Of a DNA stretch of 64,000 bases, positions 53,296 to 64,000 are shown in pieces. The notes below the pieces were generated by a model. It made no database searches. It saw only the letters and a program-made list of their open reading frames with translations, and was not told where the DNA came from. Origin of the DNA: Octopus sinensis (lineage: Eukaryota). Position 1 is the first letter of the stretch. Every line of letters starts with the position of its first letter. The translations under genes and the position numbers were made by a program. The stretch is from the NCBI RefSeq assembly GCF_006345805.1, contig NW_021824848.1:1-64000 (forward strand). The letters run 5' to 3'.

Positions 53296-56190
53296 TATTT
53301 TTTTTTTTATTTTTATAGCGTGCTTTCACTTCATTACCGAGCGCAGCTCTGTGTGCCTTGGGTATGTGCTGTGATTTGTTGTGATGCTCTGATGGTTACT
53401 GTATGGAAAGTGTTCTGCGTAGGATGTGTGCAGTGCCCAGTAGTGCAATTTTCTGTATGTTATATATATGTATTTGTCTGAATATTTTTTTATCATGCCT
53501 AGATAGGAATTGTTTCTGTTTTTAGATTCCACATTCTGGTTACCTCTATTTCCAGGTATTTGTATTTTGAAAGTTTCTCTATTTCTTTTAGAGACACGTT
53601 GTTATCTGCCGGTATTGATACATCAATTCGAAAGCATTTTTTCTTCATGATCTCTGACAACTATATCTGGTCTGTTGGCCTTAATTTCTCTATCTGTGTG
53701 TATCGGCATATTCCAGAGTATGGTTGCTTTCTCGTTTTCTGTGACCTTTTCTGGTGTGTGCCTATACCATCTTTTTTCTGTTGTTATTTCATAATGTTGG
53801 CATAGCTTCCAGTGTATATATGTCCCAACTCTGTCGTTTCTGTGAATATATTCCTTCTTAGCCAGGACTGGGCAGCCAGAGATAATATGATTTATTGTTT
53901 CTTGTCCATCTCCACATATTCTGCAGTTACTTGTTATATATCTTTTCATTACATGTTTTTGGTAATTTCTGGTGGGGAGGCTTTGATCTCGTGCTGCAAT
54001 TAAAAATCCATCTGTCTCTGCTTTGAGTCCTGAGCTTCTCAACCATTGCTGGGATTTTTCTTTGTCTATTTCTTTTGCATTTAGTTTAGTCCAGTATTTG
54101 CCATGAAGGGGCTTTTCTTGCCATCGTTTTATCATGGTTCGTTGCTGCTCTATTTTTAGTTTGGATTTTATTTGTTTTATAGCTTTTGTTGTTTCTTCAT
54201 CTTCTACTTCTTCTTCTTCTTCTTCTTCTTCTTCATATTTGTTAGGTGGTATGATATCTTGTTTGTATTTGTCAGCTTCCTTAAATACTGAGAACAGTTT
54301 TTTTGTTTTGCTCGTGTTTTGCCGCTATTTGTATCAGTTTTCCTTCCTTCTGAAGTAGATATTTTTGCAGTCCTATGGTGGTTATTTTATAATAGTTTTC
54401 CAGCTATATAAGGCCTCTACCACCTTCTATACGTTGTATATATAGCCTTTCTATGTCAGATTTTGGGTGTGCATCCTAGATCCTCTCATTATTTTTCTTG
54501 TTTTCCTATCTATTTTGGTCAGTTCATTTAGTATCCAGTTAAGGATATTGTAGCTGTAACTTATAACTGGGACGGCTAAAGTGTTGATACCTATTATCTT
54601 GTTTTTAGCATTGAGCTCTGTTTTCAGTATTGATCTAACTCGTCTGTAATATTCTTTTCTCTTTCATTTGTGTGTGTTGTGTCTTATTTAGTTCATGGAT
54701 TCCTAAGTATTTGTAAGTTTGGCTTTGGTCCAATTCTTTTATTTCATTTGTTTTATCTAGTGTGATGTTGCTACTCTTAACTGGTTTTCCTCTTTTCATA
54801 GTTACTTTGGCGCATTTTTCTAATCCAAATTTCATATCTATTTCTTTGGTAAATCCATGAACTGTCTTTAATAGTGTTTCCAGCTGTTTGTCATTTGCAG
54901 CGTATAGTTTTAGGTCATCCATATATAAAAGGTGGCTGATCGTTTTGCCGTAACATTTATATCCGCATCCAGTTCTATTTAGCATATCAGATAGAGGTGA
55001 CAGTGCCAAGCAGAAAAGGAGTGGAGAGAGCGTGTCTCCCTAGAATATTCCTCTTCTAATGGGGATGGCTTTGGTTTTCATGAGTCCCTCTTTTGTTTGG
55101 AGCTGTAGCATTGTCTGCCATTTATTCATAGTGTCCTATGTATTTTATAATTGTTGGTGCAACTTTGTTAATGGCTAGCGTTTCGAGGATCCATGTGTGG
55201 GCGATGCTATCAAACGCCTTTTTGTAGTCGATCCAGGCCATACTGAAGCCTTTCTTCTTTCTGTGGCTGTCTTCAGTTATGGCTTCATTGATCATTAGTT
55301 GATCTTTACAGCCATATGAGCCTTTGCGGCATCCTTTCTGCTCTTCTGGAAACAGGTTGTTTTCGTCCAGGTGCTTGTCCAACCTTTGCGATATTACTGC
55401 AGTAAGTGCCTTGTATATTGTAGGGAGACAGGTTATTGGTCTGTAGTTTTCTGGTTTTGCTGTCTCATTTGACTTGGGAATTAAGATGGTTTTCCCCTTC
55501 GTGAGCCATTCAGGCATTGTCTCTGGCTCTGCCAGTGTGTTGTTAAAGTTTTCAGCCAGCTTTTTGTGCATTCCTGTTAAATATTTCAACCAGAAGTTGG
55601 GAATCTTGTCATGCCCAGGTGCCTTCCAGTTGCTTAGTCTTTGCAGTGCCTGGGTGACCTCTTCAGTTGTTATGGGGGTCCAAAGTTGCTCAGATGCTGA
55701 GTTTGTTGTTTTAATACTCCCTTTTTTTTTGGTTGTTCGTTCGACGACCATATTTCTCTCCAGAATTCTTCCACTTCTTCTGCCGTTGGTGCTGCAGTGA
55801 TTTCTATTTTATTTTTGCCAAGTTCTTGGTAGAACTTTTGGGGGTTGGAGTTGAACTGTTTGTTTTGTTCAAAGAAACGTTGGCGTTTCTCGTACCGGCG
55901 GATCCTTTGTGCTTTGGCAAGGATATCTTGCTTTAGCTTTTTTTTTATCTCAGGTAAATCTTTTTCTGTGATCTTGTATTTTCGGAGTATTTTTGTTTTC
56001 TTTTTGTTGCTTAGTAGTGTTGATTGTCTACTGATTTCATTAAGAATCGACAGATCTTTTCTCACTTTTTGTATTTTGTTTTGGATGTTATTTATCCACA
56101 GGGTTTGTTTATTATTATTATTATTATTATATTATTATTATTATTATTATATTATTATTATTATTATTATTATCATTATTATTATTATTA
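53221..56190 (-). mobile_element. 5'-truncated R4/Dong-like non-LTR retrotransposon (RT, CCHC, restriction-like endonuclease)
   Basis: WKAPGHD, PENYRPITCLP, EEQKGC, WIDYKKAFDS, HLLYMDDLK, YKYLG, CRICG..H..SGC and NRPDIVV; (TAA)n at both ends; frameshifted. Confidence 0.92.
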
Positions 56191-56759
56191 TAGCGGCCTC
56201 TATACTGTAAAGTCACGAAATTTGAAGCTCCACAAGTTGAAATAGTGTTTGTAATCTTTTCGGCCTTCTGAGTCCCCGTGTTTTCATTTTCATAGTTACC
56301 ATTGCATTTCTGAGATTATCTGGATTGCGCTGATGGCATTTTGGTGTTGCGCGGGTGGTATTTTGCAGGGAATGCACATCAATATTTTTTTTAAATTTTA
56401 ACAATTTTCGACAAATGCAAATATTTTGCAATTTTCTTTAATGAAAAAGAAGCCATCATAATCTTCGACAAAGCAACAATACGACAGAAATAAAACATGA
56501 AAACGTGAATGTCGCCTCCGTCTCTTTTGCGATTGTGGCGCGAAATATGGACAATTTCTGCATAGTTGAAGAAGATATAAAAATAACAAGGAAAATTGTG
56601 AAAAGGAAAGGGAGAAGAGTAGCTCTAAACCTTCCACCCGATGTGATAGAGAACATCTTAAAATGCACGGTCGCATACTGCTATCTCGGCGGGTGGAAAA
56701 TGCTCCAGAGATCGAAATACAAAAATGTCTCGGGAGCGTGTGGGAATAAAAGACTCACA

Positions 56760-57450
56760 TTACCCGAGAAAAGAAGTTTGAAACAATTGAAGTGAAATTT
56801 AGGACGGAAGAAGAAACCAGGTGTAATTCCGCGACCACTTTAAGGAATAACAATTTCTTAATCCTCAGCTATCGCGACCAACGTCTTGTCAAGATTAGGG
56901 TGTTGTACGTGCCTCCAGAAATATTCATCGCTTAGTTACTGGCGGCTGTCCTGACAGGTCTAAAAGAAGAAGGAATGACAATATTGGAGGTCAAGAAAAT
57001 ACCAACACAAAACTGGTTAGGTATAGAGATGGAACTGACCTTACAATCTAATCAGGACCATATCGACCAGCTGCACGATTTAATTGATCTCCCGGATGGT
57101 ACTTACCTGTTAGTGTTAGTGGAGGGTAAGAAAGCCAAGATTCCACATATATGGATCTGTGACTCAAAGGATTTATGCCCTGAAATAAAAATAATAAAAT
57201 CCTACTGCTGCCAACACTATAAACATCACCAACGCGAAATCATTAACAAGTGTTCAAGACTACTACACCTACACCCACTCCCATGTACACACTCACTCCC
57301 AAACCAAGGCAAGCTTTTCCTGAATGCACTACCCGTCAAACCAACATCAACTGTAATGACATGGAGAAAGAAAAGTTAAATGATCAATGGATTACTGAGA
57401 CAAAAGGGGGTAGACGAAAGAGGAGGAGAGTGCGTAACCCTACTCCAAGA
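56760..57450 (+). mobile_element. Possible LINE ORF1-like remnant
   Basis: Partly open frames (VKIRVLYVPPEI; ORF 56975-57379) with stops; no splice structure. Confidence 0.3.
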
Positions 57451-57777
57451 AATTAAAAGCATATTCTGAAACTGCAACTGCAACACTGTTCACAATCACT
57501 CCAACAAAAACAAGAACAAGAACGGCAACTTAAAAGACAGCAATATCATCGACAACAGCATGTAACCACAGAAACACAGAAACACGAATTACAGAACTTC
57601 AAAAACAAGAATATTGATCAGCCTGTAGGCGAAATATATCCGTCAATTTCACTGTACATGCATGCATACATACATTCATATATATATATATATATATACA
57701 TAATACATGCATGCATACATACATATATTCATATATATATATACATACATACATACATATATATATACATACATAAT

Positions 57778-57817
<40 letters not shown>

Positions 57818-58203
57818 ACATACATACATACATACATACATACATACATACATACATACATACATACATACATACATACATACATACATACATAGCGTAT
57901 GTCCAATTAACATCAATATGCAAACAAACCCAGCGGTTGAACTGCAGGCCTACTACTTGACCGCTCCGTTCCAGAATCGAACTCTCAGCCTTATTTTCTT
58001 GAAAGATTAACTCACTAACTACCAGGCTACGTCGACTTCGCCTTTCAACCTTTTGGAGTCGATGATATGAATACCAGTAGCTGAACACTGAGGTCGATAT
58101 AATTGGTATACAGCATCCAAGAAATAATTTTTCTTCTTCATTGTTATACTGGAGTATTTTTCTAATCCAAATTTCAAACCAGTTTTTCAATTAAATTCAT
58201 ATA

Positions 58204-59090
58204 CAGGGTGGGTGAAAAGTGTGCAGGGATTAAAAGCTGGTAAGGAAATCCATATTCCTTTTACGAATTTATTGAAACAAATGTTAAATGTTTTTTATTA
58301 GATGGGAAAATGAAAGTAAATCTTCATATTTCCACATATTTTAACCGGTGGCGTCAACCATTTTTCTCAAACGGCCAGGGATGGAATGAACGACCCTCTG
58401 AAGGACGTCGTCTGGGATATCATTGAGAACCTCCTGAATCCGTGGAATTAGTCCAAATAACAACTTACACGGTGTCTTGTACACCTCCTCTTTTGAGTAA
58501 CCCCACAAGTAAGAAACACATGGAGTGAGATCTTGCCTTCTTGGAGTTCCGAACTTTTGAACTTCTGCGGTCACAGTCTTCGAGTTTTAGCTCCAGCGCG
58601 TGATGAGGTTCCCACGGACGAAAATTCAATTCTTTATGTAACACTGTACGTATTGTGTATCTTGTTAGTCCACTTTCACCCGCTGCTTGACGTGTTGATT
58701 TTTGCGGGCTGCAATTAAACATTTCCTGCACTGTTGCCATGTTCTCTGCTGATCGGGATGTGATTGGACGGTCACTTCTTGCATCGTTCACAGAGCCTGT
58801 GGTTATTAGCTTTGCATAACAAATTATTGTCTCTGGATGAAGTGTTGCAGGCTTACCTTTTTATGCACACCATCAAACAATGGAACCAAAACAATGGAAT
58901 TCCTCAATCCATAGCGTGCTGCTCCTGAACAGTAAAGCGACTGGCCATCTGGAAATAAAAATTAAGACAATAAGACAATAAAAAATCTTTATTAGTGTTG
59001 TCTGTTTAAAATGTGTTTTCGTCATGACTTCAGTGATACTAAAAATTCTATAAGCAATTTCTAATACCGAGTTACTTTCCACCCACCTTG
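58204..59090 (-). mobile_element. Tc1/mariner-superfamily element with both TIRs and TA target duplication
   Basis: TA|CAGGGTGGGTGAAAAGT ... ACTTTCCACCCACCTTG|TA; degenerate transposase SPQKSTRQAA.., DLTPCVSYLWGYSKEEVY. Confidence 0.85.
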
Positions 59091-59581
59091 TACTGCTTGT
59101 AGCAGTTGATAAAACCGTTCATCAGCAACAGGATACAGCTTAAGATCGCCACATATGGTTCATTGTTTATCATATCAATACAATGAGTGAAATCACAGAG
59201 AATGATGAATATGTGTGTGGTTAACAAATTTGCTTTGTAACCATATGGTTCCTGAGCTGACCAATATTTGTAAGTAAATTGATTAGAGCCAAACTGTGTA
59301 ACGGCCTGCAGTGGATGCGTAGGGGAGCGTCGTTTAACGTTAGTTTGTTTAACGTCCCCAGTATTATTAGTGGTTCGGCAAAAGAAACTGATAGAATAAG
59401 TACCAAACTTCAAAATACATAAGTACTAAGGTCTATCTCTTCGACTAAATCCAAGTCTTCAATCAAGACGGTGCCCCAGTATGACCCGAGCCCAATGACT
59501 GAAACAAGTAAAGGAAAGAAATTAAAAATATGTATATAAATACACACACACATACACACACACACACACAAACACACACAC

Positions 59582-59675
<94 letters not shown>

Positions 59676-60432
59676 ACATACATATATATATGAACAAATG
59701 GTAAAGGTAGAAAATGCTAAAATAATTTTATAAAAAACATTTTAGTGTCGGTTTCAGTCATTGAGACTTTTCCAACTGTAAGTATGGAAAACAATTAAAT
59801 TTTGGAAAAATTACAAGAAAAGTTTTTTTAAAAGAACATGGGCTCAGCTCCCCTCCTCTCTTCATCTAACACCAGCCTCACCGCCTCTCTTCATTTGATA
59901 CCAACTACACACTACTCCATACACACTAGCACTGACCACTTTCCACCACCCACACCACGCACTATCATCCACATACCCAAACACAATATTCAATAGCGTC
60001 ACCACACATACCATTATATGAGCATCCACACACACACTGTTTAACTCAGTACACACACCACACAACATCATGCACAATCCCACACCCACACAAGCACACA
60101 ATGCCTGAACACACGCTGTATATATACATACACACGCAACATACAAAGACAAAGATAACTTTCGCCAACATATATACACCATACACATGCACACTGTTTG
60201 GTCACAGACACACTCATACACACACGCACACACACACACATGTGCACAAGCCACATGAAAAAGCACATATCAACTGCTACATACAACACACACGTTACAC
60301 ACGCACACACTCATGCACGTCAGAGTCGCCCCTATTCAAACACTCACACATACCATTCTTACATACACACTCACGCACGCGCACGTTGTTGGGATTACTA
60401 ATATTTTATTATCTCCCTTTCATGCAAACTTT

Positions 60433-61670
<1,238 letters not shown>

Positions 61671-61910
61671 TATCTCCTTTGTTTTTTCCCATTTTTTTTC
61701 CCCCAATCATATGCCATAGTGGACCGCTGAAATTTACAAGTTGTTTTCACTTTCGCTCTCTATTTTCTCTTATTCCTTTCTGTTAAAAGCGCATACTTGA
61801 AACGTAAAATTTTTTTTTTCATTTTTTCCCAAGCGTCAAACTAACACACTTGCTTGTCATTCATACACTTGTCTTTGTCTTTTGTTTTTCTATATATTTC
61901 AACTATATAC

Positions 61911-61955
<45 letters not shown>

Positions 61956-61963
61956 GTGTGTGT

Positions 61964-62021
<58 letters not shown>

Positions 62022-62099
62022 ATATATATATATAAATCTTTTAAAATGTTTCAACCCGAAAGCTGCAGCCATGCTGGGGCACTACCGTTGAATGTGCCA

Positions 62100-62459
62100 C
62101 ACTAGTATGTGAAACCACCTCTGACACCTGGCACTTGGTCAACAAGGGAGTTCGACGCCGCTGCCCGCTTCTGTGTTTCCTGCCGATAGGTAGATTCATC
62201 TGGAACCACTGACAAGAAGTGATCAAGTTTAATTTTAAAGAAATCCACATCCACACCATACAGGTCTCTCATGAATTTAGGAAGGATATTGAAGAGCTGT
62301 GGTCCCTTGAAACCCAAGCTGTTGCAGTATCTGGTCCTATATTTTGATGGTGATGTTGGGATATTTGACAACATGCAGTGGTGCCCCGTACTGCTGTTGG
62401 GTAACTTTCAATGCCAAAATTTGGGACAAAGCCCCCCAGCATTTTCCAGATGATTTTCC

Positions 62460-62460
<1 letters not shown>
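62100..62460 (-). mobile_element. CR1/L2-group LINE 3' end
   Basis: NSLGFKGPQLFNILP..VDFFKIKLDHFLSVVPDE..SNSL. Confidence 0.75.
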
Positions 62461-62493
<33 letters not shown>

Positions 62494-63173
62494 TTACATA
62501 CATACACGCACATATATATATATGATACTTCATAAATACATACATACATACATACATACATACATACATTAGCCGTTCATACAAAAAGACACATCTACTA
62601 TGTGTGTATTTACTTGCACATATTCATGACTTTACAAGTGAACCCCACCACAGAATTTCTGACCTCTCACCAAGTGGAATCGTATCACTAGCCACTTCTA
62701 GACACTTTATGAATATCTATTTAATTCGCCTGGTGAACGTATGTGCACTAAACCACGCGTGTGCGTATGCTTACAGCTTATTGTAAGTCTCTACGAGCGA
62801 GTGTACGTGCGCCAGACAACGTAAGGAAAAGTGTTTGTACTAACAGTTACTTTTTTCACTGTATTCAGTATTTGTTTCTTTTTGCATCTGATGTTTGTTA
62901 TTCATCTTTTATAATAATGAAGCTGTATCCCTTAATTTACTGCTTTTCTATACACATAGAGAGAAGAAATCCTGAAAACAGACCTTATTTTAATGAGATA
63001 CATCTTGTAATCACCTGAAGAGATACATCTACACCAACAGATACACCTAAACCAGATGTTCACTATCGCACCCGTCTGGCATCGATGCTAAATGGGTCGA
63101 AAATTATAGAGATCAATAATTTTCTTGTATCATCCAACTGCCACTCTCTGTTAATCAAATACAAATAATACAT

Positions 63174-63210
<37 letters not shown>

Positions 63211-63289
63211 TGTATGTATGTATATATGTATATATGTGTGTTGTATATATATATTATATATATATATATACTATACACATATATATACA

Positions 63290-63325
<36 letters not shown>

Positions 63326-64000
63326 CATATATATATATGTATATACATACATACATACACATACATACATACATCATACATACATACATACATATACTAC
63401 ATACAAATGTGTGTGCATAAGTGCGGGTTTGTAAATGCTACAGCATTACTCATTGTTTTGGATTAGTTGCGACCTTTATAATAACCTGGGAAATATGAAT
63501 CCCATTACATTTCATGAAACTCTTAAAACGCTCTCATAGGAGATACTTATTAAAGTAACGTGAGAGTGTGTGTGTGAGTGTGTGTGTCTTTGTGTGTGTG
63601 TGCATGTCTGTGCGCGTGTACGTGTGTTTGTGTATGGACGCGTTAGTTTGTTTTTTTTTAATTGCTTCTTACACATGATTCATGATATAGAGATTGAAAT
63701 CCGGATCTCTTCATAACCTATTTTTATCTTTGATGGAGAAAATGAATTTAAAATCCTGTGAGTATCTAGTTGTATTGAGTGTTATCCTTAAGGGACGATA
63801 TCCTTAACGGATATCTGTCTGCTACAGGGAAGTGTTGTCTGTCGGTGTTGCGTTTCATGCCGCTGTCGCCAGCTAAATATATCTTAACATTTGTTACTCG
63901 CTTCAATCGTTGGACTACGGCCATGCCATGCTGGGGCACCACCTTGACAGGTTTAGCTGAACAATTCGGACTTAGCACTTTTTTGATAAGTCTAGTAATT

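Noticed and set aside
58857-58948. AG/GT-bounded exon-like segment on the minus strand
   Set aside because: It lies within the TIR-bounded Tc1/mariner element and corresponds to the decayed transposase N-terminus.
63063-63147. Possible terminal exon ([27 protein letters not shown]) of another gene on the minus strand
   Set aside because: Only a weak acceptor and a short frame; no homology to the family and no partner exon could be identified.

Overview
This is AT-rich, microsatellite- and SINE-dense eukaryotic DNA. The repeat content suggests an octopus/coleoid cephalopod genome (inferred, not verified). Almost all ORFs in the supplied track are microsatellite or transposon artefacts. Reading across splice sites shows a tandem cluster of four paralogous 4-exon genes arranged A> D> <B <C: A (+, only exons 3-4 in the window), D (+, 12325-19661), B (-, 23813-35417) and C (-, 39454-45894). 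All introns are phase 1 GT-AG. The three complete genes encode secreted 183-237 aa proteins with a signal peptide, a charged pro-like segment and a Cys-rich, probably beta-rich domain (CxW..CC..CV..CF..GC) resembling DUF4773. Between paralogs there is strong amino-acid divergence with few synonymous changes, paired cysteine gain/loss, and a conserved intronic cluster of five E-boxes. The non-coding DNA holds several minimal type I hammerhead ribozyme motifs (two with a U3-A8 core) in Penelope-LTR-like repeats, TAA-flanked R4/Dong-type retrotransposons including a chimeric tandem copy, remnants of Tc1/mariner, hAT, L1/Tx1, CR1 and Gypsy elements, three tRNA-derived SINE families, and many inverted duplications.
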